Source: an uncultured Chloroflexia bacterium (GTDB taxonomy: Bacteria > Chloroflexota > Limnocylindria > Limnocylindrales > CSP1-4). From it: a DNA stretch of 64,000 nucleotides. Location: assembly GCA_963720755.1 (NCBI GenBank), contig CAVRGP010000011.1, positions 448,001 through 512,000 of the forward strand, in the 5' to 3' direction. The position numbers and the translations under genes are program-made. Shown one piece after another: positions 20,531 to 30,707 of this stretch (positions are counted from its first letter, which is position 1; the number at the start of each line of letters is the position of its first letter). A model generated the notes under the pieces. The model was not told the origin of the DNA, did not search any database, and saw only the letters and a list, made by a program, of their open reading frames with translations.

Positions 20531-22126
20531 ATGGACTGGGCGGACGAGCTCGCCTCTCGGGTCAGTGGCCCGCAGGTCGTCAACGACTCCAAGACGCCAT
20601 CCGGGACGGTCCACGTCGGGAGCCTGCGCGGTCCGGTCATCCTCGACGTCATCACCCGCGCCCTTCGCGCGACGGGACTCGAGACGACCCTGCTCTACGG
20701 CGTCGATGACCTCGACCCGATGGACGCCCAGGCGCTCTTGACGCCGGATGCCATCGAGCGCGAGATGGGCCGCCCGCTCGCCCATGTCCCGGATCCCGTC
20801 GGCGACTGCCACGAGAGCTACGCGCGGCACTTCGCCGGGATCTTCATCGAGGTCTTCGCCGGGCTCGGGATCCACCCCGATCGCTACTACTGGATGAGCG
20901 ATATCTACCCGACCGGCCAGATGGACCCGTTCATCCGGCTCGCCCTCGATCGGGCGGCCGTCGTTCGCGAGATCTATCGTCGGGTGGCCAACGTCCAGCA
21001 CCCGGATACCTGGCACCCGATCGGCGTGATCTGTCCGACTTGCGGCAAGGTCGGGACGACGATCGTGACGGATTGGGATGGCGACCGGGTCTACTTCGAG
21101 TGTCGGGCCGATCTCGTCGATTGGGCGACGGGCTGCGGATCGTCCGGCTGGATCAGCCCGTTCGGCGGCGCCGCGAAGCTGCCATGGAACCTCGAATGGG
21201 CCGCCCAATGGTCGCTTTTCGGCGTGACCATCGAACCCGGCGGCAAGGACCTCTCGACCGCGGGCGGGTCGCGAGACCGCAGCGACGCCATCGCCCGTGA
21301 GGTCTTCGAGCGGGAGCCGCCGATCAACGTCCCGTACGAATTCCTCAACATCGCCGGCAAGAAGATGTCGACCTCGCGCGGTCGAGGCGCGGCCGCCCAT
21401 ACGATCGCCGAAGTGATCCCACCCGAACAACTCCGGTTCCTGTTCCTTCGACCGCGACCCAACCAGGCGATCGAGTTCGCTCCCGACGGGACGGATGCGA
21501 TCCCGCGCCTGTTCGACGAGTTCGATCGGTTCGCCATGGCGACGGCTGGCCGAGAGGTCAAGGGCGAGATCTCACCGGGCTATGAAGCGACGTTCCGATA
21601 TGCGCTGCTCGACCCAGCGGCCGATGTCGCCACCGAAGCTGCGGCCTTCCGGCCGGCGTTCTCCCACCTCGCTCTGCTCGCGCAAGTCCCGGGCGTGGAC
21701 ATCCCGGCCCGGATCGAAGCGGAGAAGGGGAGTGGTCTCTCCGGACACGAGGCCGACATCCTCGACGAGCGCCTTGCTGCCGCCCGGGGCTGGCTCGAGG
21801 TCTACGCTCCGGAACGCGCTCGGTTGTCTGTGCGGCGGGACGGCCTTCCCGCCGAGGCAACGGCGATCGAACCGGATCAGCGGACGTTCCTGGCCTCGCT
21901 CGCGGAGGCCGCCGAGAACCGGGTCCCGGCGGATGGGGACGCCTGGCAGGCAGCCATCTTCGACGTCGCGAACGGGCTCGGGCTCGCGGCAGGACGGGCG
22001 TTCGCCGCCCTGTATCTGGCGTTCCTCGGCCGGACCAACGGACCGCGCGCAGGCTGGCTCCTGGCAAGCCTCGAGACGGACCTGGTCCTCGAGCGACTGC
22101 ATGCGGCAGCGGGAGAAGATCGATGA
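20531..22126 (+). CDS. lysS: lysyl-tRNA synthetase, class I
   Basis: MDWAD, TPSGTVHVGS (HIGH-like), CPTCG, KLPWNLEWAAQW, GKDL, KMSTS (KMSKS-like), GPRAG. Confidence 0.93.
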   Translation: MDWADELASRVSGPQVVNDSKTPSGTVHVGSLRGPVILDVITRALRATGLETTLLYGVDDLDPMDAQALLTPDAIEREMGRPLAHVPDPVGDCHESYARHFAGIFIEVFAGLGIHPDRYYWMSDIYPTGQMDPFIRLALDRAAVVREIYRRVANVQHPDTWHPIGVICPTCGKVGTTIVTDWDGDRVYFECRADLVDWATGCGSSGWISPFGGAAKLPWNLEWAAQWSLFGVTIEPGGKDLSTAGGSRDRSDAIAREVFEREPPINVPYEFLNIAGKKMSTSRGRGAAAHTIAEVIPPEQLRFLFLRPRPNQAIEFAPDGTDAIPRLFDEFDRFAMATAGREVKGEISPGYEATFRYALLDPAADVATEAAAFRPAFSHLALLAQVPGVDIPARIEAEKGSGLSGHEADILDERLAAARGWLEVYAPERARLSVRRDGLPAEATAIEPDQRTFLASLAEAAENRVPADGDAWQAAIFDVANGLGLAAGRAFAALYLAFLGRTNGPRAGWLLASLETDLVLERLHAAAGEDR

Positions 22127-23460
22127 GCGTCGGACTCCAGCGGCTCCGCGAGGAACCAGATGCCATCCGTGACGGGGCGATCCGCAAGGGCGAGGATCCA
22201 GCCCTCGTCGACAGGGCGCTCGGTTTCGATACCGAGCGGCGCCGATTGCTCGCCGAGAGCGAGGCTCTCAAGGCCGAACGCAACACCGCGTCGAAGCGGA
22301 TCGGGGAGGCGATCAGGAACGGAGCTGCGCCGGATGGCCCGGAAGTCGCCGACCTCCGGGCGGCGTCGACCACCGCCGGCGATCGGATCGGCGCCCTCGA
22401 CTCGGCCCTCGCCGAGGTCGAGCGGGAGCTCGACGACCTCCTGCTTCGCATCCCGAACCCGCCGGATCCTGATATCCCGGTCGGCGGCGAGGAGGCGAAT
22501 GTCACGATCCGGGTCTGGGGTGACCCGCTGGCCCACGCTGCACCCATGACCGGCGAGGTCGGAGCGGCCGCCCCGGCGAGCGGCGAGACATGGACCCGAA
22601 AGCCCCACTGGGAGCTCGGTGAGGCCCTCGACATCATCGACAATGCCCGCGGCGCCAAGATCGCCGGGTCTGGATTCCCCGTCTACAAAGGTGCCGGGTC
22701 GACGCTCCAGCGCGGCCTGATCAACTGGTTCCTCGACGTCCACACCCGGGAGAACGGGATGACCGAGGTGTGGCCGCCGGCGGTGGTGAACACGGCGAGC
22801 GCCACCGGGACCGGCCAGATCCCGGACAAGGAAGACCAGATGTACGTCGTCACCCGTGACGAGCTGTACCTCGTCCCGACGGCGGAGGTCCCGGTGACCA
22901 ACCTCCACCGCGACGAGATCCTCGAGGCCGCCGAGCTGCCGATCCGGTACGCCGCGTACTCGCCCTGCTTCCGCCGCGAGGCCGGGGCCGCCGGGAAGGA
23001 CACCCGTGGGATCCTTCGCGTCCATCAGTTCGACAAGGTCGAGATGGTCCTGTTCGAGCGTCCGGAGGATTCGGCCGCGGCCCTCGAATGGATGACCGGC
23101 CGTGCGGAGATCCTGCTCCAGCGTCTCGGCCTCGCCTACCGGGTCCTGTTGATGAGTACCGGCGAGATGGGTTTCACCCAGGCGCGCAAATACGACCTCG
23201 AGGTCTGGGCGCCTGGCGTGGAGCGCTGGCTCGAGGTCAGCTCGTGCTCGAACTTCGGCGACTATCAGGCTCGACGGATGGCCATCCGCTATCGGCCGGA
23301 ACCGGGCGCCAAGCCGGAACTCGTCCACACCCTCAATGGTTCCGGGCTCGCACTCGCGCGGATCGTCGCCGCCTTGCTGGAGACGTATCAGCAACCCGAT
23401 GGCTCGGTCGTCGTCCCGGAGGTCCTTCGAGCGTACGTCGGCCGCGCTACCATCGACTGA
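22123..23460 (+). CDS. serS: seryl-tRNA synthetase
   Basis: N-terminal coiled coil, LVPTAEVP, CFRREAG, RVHQFDKVE, EVSSCSN, HTLNGSGLA. Confidence 0.97.
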   Translation: MSVGLQRLREEPDAIRDGAIRKGEDPALVDRALGFDTERRRLLAESEALKAERNTASKRIGEAIRNGAAPDGPEVADLRAASTTAGDRIGALDSALAEVERELDDLLLRIPNPPDPDIPVGGEEANVTIRVWGDPLAHAAPMTGEVGAAAPASGETWTRKPHWELGEALDIIDNARGAKIAGSGFPVYKGAGSTLQRGLINWFLDVHTRENGMTEVWPPAVVNTASATGTGQIPDKEDQMYVVTRDELYLVPTAEVPVTNLHRDEILEAAELPIRYAAYSPCFRREAGAAGKDTRGILRVHQFDKVEMVLFERPEDSAAALEWMTGRAEILLQRLGLAYRVLLMSTGEMGFTQARKYDLEVWAPGVERWLEVSSCSNFGDYQARRMAIRYRPEPGAKPELVHTLNGSGLALARIVAALLETYQQPDGSVVVPEVLRAYVGRATID

Positions 23461-23498
23461 ACAGGACCGCCCGTCCTGCCAGCGGAGGGAGCCCATCC

Positions 23499-23981
23499 AT
23501 GACCTACTCGATGGACACGTCGCAGACCGGCCGACCGGGCGACGAGCCGGCACCCGCGATGGAGCTCGCCACGCCCGGCTCGAGGCTGGTCGCGTTCATC
23601 CTCGACATCGTCGTGCAGTTCGTGTTCGTCCTCCTTCTTGCCGGAGCCGCCCTGATCCTTGGGGCGATCTTCTTCCCGTTGTCGGCCATCCCGGCCCTCG
23701 GGATCATCGCCGTGACGATCGGCTACTTCCCGTACTTCTGGACGCGCAGCGGCCAGACGCCGGGGATGGCCGCGATGAAGATCAAGGTCGTGCGCCAGGC
23801 TGACGGCGGGGGGTTGACGGCAGGCTCGGCCATCCTCCGTTTCATCGGTCTGTATATCGGGATCCAGGTCATCTGGATCGGCGTCCTGTGGATCTTCGTC
23901 GACAAGCAGCGGCGTGGCTGGCAGGACCTGTTTGCCGGGACGATCGTGGTCGCGCTGCCGCCACCCGCCTACACGTCCTGA
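23499..23981 (+). CDS. RDD family membrane protein
   Basis: RLVAFILD, GQTPG, QRRGWQDLFAGT. Confidence 0.88.
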   Translation: MTYSMDTSQTGRPGDEPAPAMELATPGSRLVAFILDIVVQFVFVLLLAGAALILGAIFFPLSAIPALGIIAVTIGYFPYFWTRSGQTPGMAAMKIKVVRQADGGGLTAGSAILRFIGLYIGIQVIWIGVLWIFVDKQRRGWQDLFAGTIVVALPPPAYTS

Positions 23982-24042
23982 CCGGCGCTCCACTCGCGAC
24001 TCGCCTGGGGCGACCGCTCGCCTCGCGATATCCTTGCGCCCT

Positions 24043-24130
24043 GGAGAGGTGGCCGAGCGGTTGAAGGCGGCGCTCTTGAAAAGCGTTGAATCGCAAGATT
24101 CCGTGGGTTCGAATCCCACCCTCTCCGCCA
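24043..24130 (+). tRNA. tRNA-Ser(TGA)
   Basis: GGAGAGG acceptor, CT-TGA-AA loop, long variable arm, GTTCGAATC, encoded CCA. Confidence 0.96.
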
Positions 24131-24157
24131 CCCGAACGAGCCGGGTCCGGGCCGGCC

Positions 24158-24187
24158 TTGACGCCTGAGCCGACCGCGACCCATACT
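24158..24187 (+). promoter_or_regulatory. promoter of trp leader
   Basis: TTGACG-18 nt-CATACT. Confidence 0.6.
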
Positions 24188-24204
24188 CCGCGGACATCAC
24201 GAAC

Positions 24205-24510
24205 AGATGGCTGTGAACGGGACGAGTACCCGTCGCGCGTCGATCCAGAGATCCGGCGGTCGGTGTGAGCCGGAGCGACGACGACAGGGAATGGCCCCGG
24301 GAGCCTCCGGACCGAACGCGAGGCGGCGTCTGCCGCGGTCGTCAGTAGGCTCCGGCGCAGAGCGCCAGCGATACAGGGCAGCGCCGATCGGCGGTGGTGG
24401 CGGATACCGACACCAGCCGACCTGTCGGTCAGGCAGAGTGCGGCATCGCCGAATGAGGGTGGCACCGCGGAAGGCACGACCTTTCGTCCCGGGACGAATG
24501 GTCGTTTTGA
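24205..24510 (+). ncRNA. Trp-specific T-box riboswitch with terminator
   Basis: Stem I with GAGTA, AGAGA and GGTGTGA motifs; specifier GAA-TGG (Trp) at 24292-24294; T-box AATGAGGGTGGCACCGCG at 24452; antiterminator partner CGTCCC; terminator CGACCTTTCGTCC/GGACGAATGGTCG-TTTT. Confidence 0.92.
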
Positions 24511-24530
24511 TTCTCCCGAGGCGCCGACAG

Positions 24531-26162
24531 ATGACGACAACAGATCCGATCAGCCTGGCCCAGGCGCAACGCCTGGCCTCGAGCGCCGACACGATCCTCG
24601 TGCGCGCCACCCGTTCGGCCGACCTCGAGACACCGATCGGCGCATTCCTCCGACTCGATGACGGTGGCCCGGCCTACCTCCTCGAATTGGTCGAGGGCGG
24701 CGAACGGCTCGGGCGCTACTCATTCCTCGGCGTCGGGCCGCGGCGGCTCCTCGAGGTCCGGGATGGCGTCGCCCAGGTCCAGACCCGCCCGGTCACCGAG
24801 CCCGTCTACTCGGCCGACCTGCCCGTCGAGACGATGCCGGCTGCGGACCCGTTGGCCGCCATCCGCGCCTTCGTGCCGCGCCGTCGTGTCCAGCCGACCG
24901 AGGGGATGCCACGGTTCACCGGGGGCGCGGTCGGGGCGCTCGCCTACGACGCTGTCACCGCTTTCGAGACGACGGTCCCGCTCCCCGAGCCGGACCCGGT
25001 CGGTGTCCCGATGGCGGCCTTCATCGAGACAGACCTCGTGTTGGTCTTCGACCACCTGACCCACACCTTGTCGGCGATCGCGTCACTCCACACGGACACA
25101 CCGAACCTCGAGGCGCGCTATCGGATCGCCGAATCGGCCATCTTCGAGGCCCTCGAGCGGACAGCCAGGCCGACCGCGGCCGAGCTTGCCGGTCCGCCGA
25201 AACGACCGGCGGCGCCGGCCGCTGCGGACCGCCTCCCCGAGCCGGTCGACACGAGCCTCGGTCGCGACGGGTACCTCCATGCGGTCGAGACCGCCAAGGA
25301 GGCGATCGCGGCCGGGGAAGCCATCCAGGTCGTGCTCGCCCGCCGCCAGTCCTTCGGATTGCCGATCGACCCGGCGACCGGCGAGGCGCTCGACGGGATC
25401 GGCCTCTATCGGGCGTTGCGCCGGGTGAACCCGAGCCCGTACCTGTTCTTCACCCGAACGCCGACCTTCGAGGTCGTGGGCGCCTCGCCCGAGCTCCTCC
25501 TCCAGGTGGAGGGCGACCGGCTGACGACCCACCCGATCGCCGGTACCAGGCCGCGCGGTGTCGACGCCCGAGCGGACGCCCTCCTTGCCGAGGAGTTGCA
25601 GGCCGACCCGAAGGAGCGTGCCGAACACGTCATGCTCGTCGACCTCGGCCGCAACGACCTCGGCCGGGTCGCTCGACCGGGGACCGTGACGGTCAGCAAG
25701 TACATGGAGGTCGAACGCTATAGCCACGTCCTGCATCTCGTCTCGCATGTGGAGGCGCGACTGCAGCCGGGGCTCGACGCGCTGGACGCGCTCCGGTCCG
25801 TATTCCCGGCCGGCACGTTGTCCGGGGCGCCGAAGATCCGGGCGATGCAGCTGATCGCCGCCGCCGAAGGCGAGCGTCGCGGCCTGTATGGCGGCGCTGT
25901 CGGGTACCTCGGCTACGACGGCAATCTCGACACGGCGATCACCATCCGGAGTGCGGTGCTCAAGGACGGCCAGGCCCACATCCACACAGGCGCCGGGATC
26001 GTCGCCGGGTCCGTGCCTGACAAGGAATTCGAAGAGACCGAGCACAAGGCGGCGGCCCTGCGCCGCGCCATCGAACTCGCCGCGGGCGTGGCCGAAACGC
26101 CACGGGCCGGTGACGCGGTGACGGACGACACCGCCGCGGATGAGGTCGCCGCCCGGCCATGA
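24531..26162 (+). CDS. trpE: anthranilate synthase component I
   Basis: DLETP, GRYSFLG, NPSPY, PIAGTRPRG, KERAEHVMLVDLGRND, GTLSGAPKIRA. Confidence 0.96.
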   Translation: MTTTDPISLAQAQRLASSADTILVRATRSADLETPIGAFLRLDDGGPAYLLELVEGGERLGRYSFLGVGPRRLLEVRDGVAQVQTRPVTEPVYSADLPVETMPAADPLAAIRAFVPRRRVQPTEGMPRFTGGAVGALAYDAVTAFETTVPLPEPDPVGVPMAAFIETDLVLVFDHLTHTLSAIASLHTDTPNLEARYRIAESAIFEALERTARPTAAELAGPPKRPAAPAAADRLPEPVDTSLGRDGYLHAVETAKEAIAAGEAIQVVLARRQSFGLPIDPATGEALDGIGLYRALRRVNPSPYLFFTRTPTFEVVGASPELLLQVEGDRLTTHPIAGTRPRGVDARADALLAEELQADPKERAEHVMLVDLGRNDLGRVARPGTVTVSKYMEVERYSHVLHLVSHVEARLQPGLDALDALRSVFPAGTLSGAPKIRAMQLIAAAEGERRGLYGGAVGYLGYDGNLDTAITIRSAVLKDGQAHIHTGAGIVAGSVPDKEFEETEHKAAALRRAIELAAGVAETPRAGDAVTDDTAADEVAARP

Positions 26163-26845
26163 TCCTCGTCATCGACAACTACGACAGCTTCACGTTCAAC
26201 CTCGTCCAGGCCCTGCAGGCCGCGGGAGCCGACGTGCGAGTCGTCCGCAACGACGCGTTGGACCTCGACGCCGTGGCTGCGCTGGCCGATGATCCGGCAG
26301 CCGGGCTTCGTGGGATCGTCATCTCCCCCGGTCCCGGCGATCCGGACGATGCGGGGATCTCGGTCGGGACGGTTCGGATCGCGGCCGACCGCGGCCTGCC
26401 CCTGCTCGGCGTCTGCCTGGGGATGCAGTCGATGGCCGCGGCCTTCGGCGCGACGATCGTGCGAGCCCCGACGCTCGTCCACGGGGAGGCGACCGAGGTC
26501 ACCCATGACGGCGCCGGACTGCTGGCGGGCATGTCGCCGGCGTTCATGGCTGCGCGCTATCACTCCCTCGCCGTCGATCCGGCAACGCTGCCGCCGGAGT
26601 TGCGGGTGACGGCGATGAGCGAAGTCGATCGCGTGGTGATGGGCATCCGCCACGTGGACCTGCCTCTCGAGGGGGTCCAGTTCCACCCGGAATCGGTTCT
26701 GACTCCGGAGGGACCGCACCTGTTGGCCAATTTCCTGCGCCTGGCCGGTGAGGGTGTCGCGTCGCGTCTCGATTCGGTCGCCGGCTCGTTCGCGACGGCC
26801 GGCCTGGCGGAGTCGGACCAGGCAGTCGCGGAGGCTCCCAGGTGA
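26159..26845 (+). CDS. trpG: anthranilate synthase component II
   Basis: IDNYDSFTFNL, SPGPG, GVCLG, RYHSL, QFHPES. Confidence 0.96.
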   Translation: MILVIDNYDSFTFNLVQALQAAGADVRVVRNDALDLDAVAALADDPAAGLRGIVISPGPGDPDDAGISVGTVRIAADRGLPLLGVCLGMQSMAAAFGATIVRAPTLVHGEATEVTHDGAGLLAGMSPAFMAARYHSLAVDPATLPPELRVTAMSEVDRVVMGIRHVDLPLEGVQFHPESVLTPEGPHLLANFLRLAGEGVASRLDSVAGSFATAGLAESDQAVAEAPR

Positions 26846-27891
26846 GTGACATCGTCCGCTCCGCCCTTGAGGTGATCGTCGATGGCGGGACGCTGCCGAT
26901 GGATCAGGCGAGCGCGGCGATGGGCGCGGTGATGGATGGCGAGGCGACGCCGGCCCAACTCGCGGCGCTCCTCATGGGCCTTCGGATGCGCGGTGAGACG
27001 GTCGATGAGCTGGCCGGGTTCGCGCTGGCCATGCGTGATCGTGTGGTGCGAGTGGAGGCACCGGCCGGCGCGATCGACGTTGTCGGAACGGGCGGTGACG
27101 GCAGCGGGACGTTCAACATCTCGACCACCGCGGCGCTGGTCGCTGCGGCGGCCGGCATCCCGGTCGCCAAGCACGGCAATCGAGCGATGACGTCCAAGTC
27201 TGGGTCCGCCGACGTGCTCGATGCGCTCGGCGTTCGGATCGACCACGACGCCGTGTCCGCGGGTCAGGCCCTCCGGTCCATCGGGTTCGCGTTCCTGTTC
27301 GCACCGAACTTCCATCCGGCGATGCGCCACGCGGGGCCGACCCGGCGTGAGATCGGGGTTCGAACCGCATTCAACCTCCTCGGTCCGCTGACGAATCCGG
27401 CCGGCACGAAGCGCCAGTTGCTCGGTGTCGGGGACGCATCGGTCGCCGCTCGCATGGCCGAGGTCGCCCGCCGCCTCGGGACGGATCTGACTTTCGTCAT
27501 CCACGGCGACGGGGTCGACGAACTGCCGCTCGACGGGAGCGGGGTCATGTACGTCATCAGCGAGAGAGGCATCGAGCGTCGTTCGATCGACGCCGCCGAC
27601 CTCGGGATCAAGCGCGCGACGACGGCGAAGCTTGCCGGCGGGTCGGCGGCCGAGAACGCGCGGCTGTCCGAGGCGGTCCTCCGCGGCGAACCGGGGGTCC
27701 GGCGTGACGTGGTCCTGCTCAACGCCGCGGCGGCGCTGCTCGTGGCCGGCGCCGTCGGCGACCTGGAGGAGGGTATCGATCGAGCCGCGCTGACCATCGA
27801 CGCCGGACTCGGCGTCGAGCTCCTCGCCGCCCTGCGGGCCGAGCGCCGCGGGGCCGATGGCCGTCCGACCGGTGCGGAGGGCTCCGCGTGA
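26842..27891 (+). CDS. trpD: anthranilate phosphoribosyltransferase
   Basis: GTGGDG, FNIST, KHGNR, SGSAD, FNLLGPLTNP. Confidence 0.96.
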   Translation: MSDIVRSALEVIVDGGTLPMDQASAAMGAVMDGEATPAQLAALLMGLRMRGETVDELAGFALAMRDRVVRVEAPAGAIDVVGTGGDGSGTFNISTTAALVAAAAGIPVAKHGNRAMTSKSGSADVLDALGVRIDHDAVSAGQALRSIGFAFLFAPNFHPAMRHAGPTRREIGVRTAFNLLGPLTNPAGTKRQLLGVGDASVAARMAEVARRLGTDLTFVIHGDGVDELPLDGSGVMYVISERGIERRSIDAADLGIKRATTAKLAGGSAAENARLSEAVLRGEPGVRRDVVLLNAAAALLVAGAVGDLEEGIDRAALTIDAGLGVELLAALRAERRGADGRPTGAEGSA

Positions 27892-30707
27892 ACGTCCTCA
27901 CCGAGATCGCCGCCGAGCGCCGGATCGACGTCCTGGCCGAGACGACGGGCGTCGACCGTGGGTCGATCGAGGCCGCCGCGGCCGATGGTCCGGCACCGAG
28001 GCCGATCGTCGACCGGCTTGCGGCGCCCGGACTCCATCTCATCGCCGAGATCAAGCGCTCGTCCCCGTCGGCGGGTCGGATCGCGGCTCCGGACGAGGAC
28101 ATCGTCGCGCGAGCACGGGCCTACGAGGCTGGTGGCGCGGCCGCCATCTCGGTCCTGTGCGAGCCCCGGCGCTTCGGCGGGTCGGTCGACGATCTCCGAG
28201 CCGTCCGGGCCGCCGTCGCGATCCCGGTCCTGGCCAAGGACTTCGTGGTCGAGGCCGTCCAACTGCCGTTGTTGCGAGCGGCTGGAGCGGATCTCGTCCT
28301 GCTGCTGGCCGCGTTGCACCCGGCCAAGCGACTTGCAGGGCTCGTCGATCGCGCGCTTGCGCTTGGGCTGGAACCGTTGGTCGAGGTCCACGACCCGCGT
28401 GAACTGGAGCGCGCGCTGGCCACGGATGCGCGGCTCATCGGGCTGAACAATCGGGATCTGCGGTCCCTCGAGGTCGATGTCGAGTTCGCGGCGCGGACCC
28501 GGGCAGCGGTCCCGGACGATCGGCTGGTCATCGCCGAATCGGGTGTACGGGATCCGGCCACGATCCGACGCTGGCGCGCGCTCGGGTTCGATGGGGCGCT
28601 GGTCGGCGAGGCGCTCGTTCGAGCCGGCGATCCGGCCGCAGCGTCGCGGGCGTTCGCGGCCGCCGGGCGGCCGTCCTCCGATCCGGCAGAAGTCGCTCGC
28701 CGCCCGTTCGTCAAGATCTGCGGGATCACCGATGCCGCCGGGATCATCGCCGCCGTGGCGGCCGGCGCCGACGCGATCGGGTTGAACGTCGTCCCCGGAA
28801 CGCCCAGGGAGCTGTCGCTGGACGAGGCGGCCGATCTCGCCCGACTCGCCCGGAGCGCGGCAGTCGGCGATCGGCGACCCCGCATCGTCGCAGTCACGGC
28901 CGACGCGAGTCCGCGACACCTTGCGGCGATCTCCGCGGCGTTCGATCCAGACGTCATCCAACTCAACGGGGACGAGCCGCCGGCCGCGGTCGCGAACGTC
29001 GGCCGCCGGACGTGGAAAGTCCTGCATCTGCCCGGGGAACCGCCAGCCGACCCGTCTGCCGCCGCCGCCGAGCTCGTGTCGCGCGGCCATGCCTACCTCA
29101 CTGGCGGTGTCGAGCGCCTCCTCCTCGACACCGCCGGTGGGCCCTATCCGGGTGGGACCGGGCAACGAGCCGACGTCCGTCTGGCCGCCGCGGTCGCCCG
29201 CGAACTTCCGGTCACCCTGGCCGGCGGCCTTCGGCCAGGCAACGTCGCGGGCGCGTTGCGCGAAATCCAGGCGGTCGGGGTCGATGTCGCCTCGGGCGTG
29301 GAACGGCCCGCGGGCGCCGGCGGGCGCCCGGTCAAGGATCCGTTCCGGGTGGCGCTGTTCATCAAACGCGCCCGGGCAGCCCGTGATGACCGCCCGAACC
29401 TGCCCTTCGGCCCGACCCCGGTCCACGCCGGCCTGCTCGACGCCGACGCAGCCGGGCGGTGGGGGATGGAAGGCGACTTCGGCGGCCGGTATGTGCCGGA
29501 AACGCTGATGGCGGCCCTCGAACAACTCGAGGAAGCCTACGCCGTCGTCCGACAGGATCCGGTGTTCTGGGCGGAGCTGCGCGATCTGCTCGGATCGTTC
29601 GCCGGCCGGCCGACGGCGCTCTATCGGGCGGATCGCCTGGCCGACGCCGCTCGGACCGAAGCCGCGCGTCTCGCGAGCGGTGCCGATATCCCGCGTCTTC
29701 GCCTCTACCTCAAGCGTGAGGATCTCGCCCACACGGGCGCCCACAAGATCAACAACGCGCTCGGTCAGGCGCTGCTCACCCGTCGCCTCGGCAAGTCCAG
29801 GGTGATCGCCGAGACCGGGGCCGGACAGCACGGCGTGGCGACGGCGACGGCCTGTGCGCTCCTCGACCTGCCCTGCGTGGTCTACATGGGCGCGGAGGAT
29901 ATCGAACGTCAGGGACCGAACGTGCTTCGGATGCGTGCCCTCGGCGCCGAGGTCCGTTCGGTCACGTCCGGGACCGCCACCCTCAAGGACGCCGTCAACG
30001 AGGCCATGCGGGACTGGGTGACGAACGTGCAGGACACCCACTACGTGCTCGGTTCGGCCATGGGTCCGCACCCGTATCCGACGATCGTCCGGGATCTCCA
30101 GCGCCGGATCGGCGACGAGGCGGCGGCCCAGATGGTGGCGATCGAAGGGCGGCTGCCCGACCTGGTCGTCGCCTGTGTCGGCGGCGGGTCGAACGCGATC
30201 GGCCTGTTGTCCCGGTTCATCGGCGAGCTGACCGTTCGGCTGGTCGTCGTCGAAGCGGCCGGCGACGGGATCGACACGGGACGTCACGCCGCGGCGATCC
30301 TGGGCGGGACGCCCGGCATCCTCCACGGGTCGCGGTCCCTCATGCTCCAGGACGCCGACGGACAGGTGATCGAGGCGCACTCGGCCTCGGCAGGACTGGA
30401 CTATCCCGGCATCGGGCCACAGCTGGCGGCCCTCGCGGAGGGCGGTCGCATCGGGGTCAGCGCGGCCACCGACCGCGAAGCCGTCGCGGCGATGAAGGCC
30501 ACCACCCTGACCGAAGGGATCCTGCCCGCGCTCGAGACCGCCCATGCGGTCGCGGCGCTCCCCGGGCTGCTGGCCGGTCCCGGCCGGGTCGGCGACCCAT
30601 GGCCGGATGACATCCTGGTCCTGCTCGGATTTTCGGGTCGTGGGGACAAGGACCTCGCGGCCCTGGAGCGGTTCGCGGACGTCGCGCCCTGGGCCGCCGT
30701 CCGATGA
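27888..30707 (+). CDS. TrpC-TrpF-TrpB triple fusion (IGP synthase + PRA isomerase + tryptophan synthase beta)
   Basis: One 939-aa ORF: IAEIKRSSPS/GLNNRDL (TrpC), VKICGIT/LAGGL/GVDVASGVE (TrpF), LKREDLAHTGAHKINN/ETGAGQHG/GLDYPG (TrpB). Confidence 0.93.
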   Translation: MNVLTEIAAERRIDVLAETTGVDRGSIEAAAADGPAPRPIVDRLAAPGLHLIAEIKRSSPSAGRIAAPDEDIVARARAYEAGGAAAISVLCEPRRFGGSVDDLRAVRAAVAIPVLAKDFVVEAVQLPLLRAAGADLVLLLAALHPAKRLAGLVDRALALGLEPLVEVHDPRELERALATDARLIGLNNRDLRSLEVDVEFAARTRAAVPDDRLVIAESGVRDPATIRRWRALGFDGALVGEALVRAGDPAAASRAFAAAGRPSSDPAEVARRPFVKICGITDAAGIIAAVAAGADAIGLNVVPGTPRELSLDEAADLARLARSAAVGDRRPRIVAVTADASPRHLAAISAAFDPDVIQLNGDEPPAAVANVGRRTWKVLHLPGEPPADPSAAAAELVSRGHAYLTGGVERLLLDTAGGPYPGGTGQRADVRLAAAVARELPVTLAGGLRPGNVAGALREIQAVGVDVASGVERPAGAGGRPVKDPFRVALFIKRARAARDDRPNLPFGPTPVHAGLLDADAAGRWGMEGDFGGRYVPETLMAALEQLEEAYAVVRQDPVFWAELRDLLGSFAGRPTALYRADRLADAARTEAARLASGADIPRLRLYLKREDLAHTGAHKINNALGQALLTRRLGKSRVIAETGAGQHGVATATACALLDLPCVVYMGAEDIERQGPNVLRMRALGAEVRSVTSGTATLKDAVNEAMRDWVTNVQDTHYVLGSAMGPHPYPTIVRDLQRRIGDEAAAQMVAIEGRLPDLVVACVGGGSNAIGLLSRFIGELTVRLVVVEAAGDGIDTGRHAAAILGGTPGILHGSRSLMLQDADGQVIEAHSASAGLDYPGIGPQLAALAEGGRIGVSAATDREAVAAMKATTLTEGILPALETAHAVAALPGLLAGPGRVGDPWPDDILVLLGFSGRGDKDLAALERFADVAPWAAVR

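Noticed and set aside
27264-30545. Long antisense ORFs (1093 aa here; also 19109-21430, 32750-35398, 54320-57013, 3499-5187)
   Set aside because: Shadow frames of real high-GC genes; no recognisable motifs.
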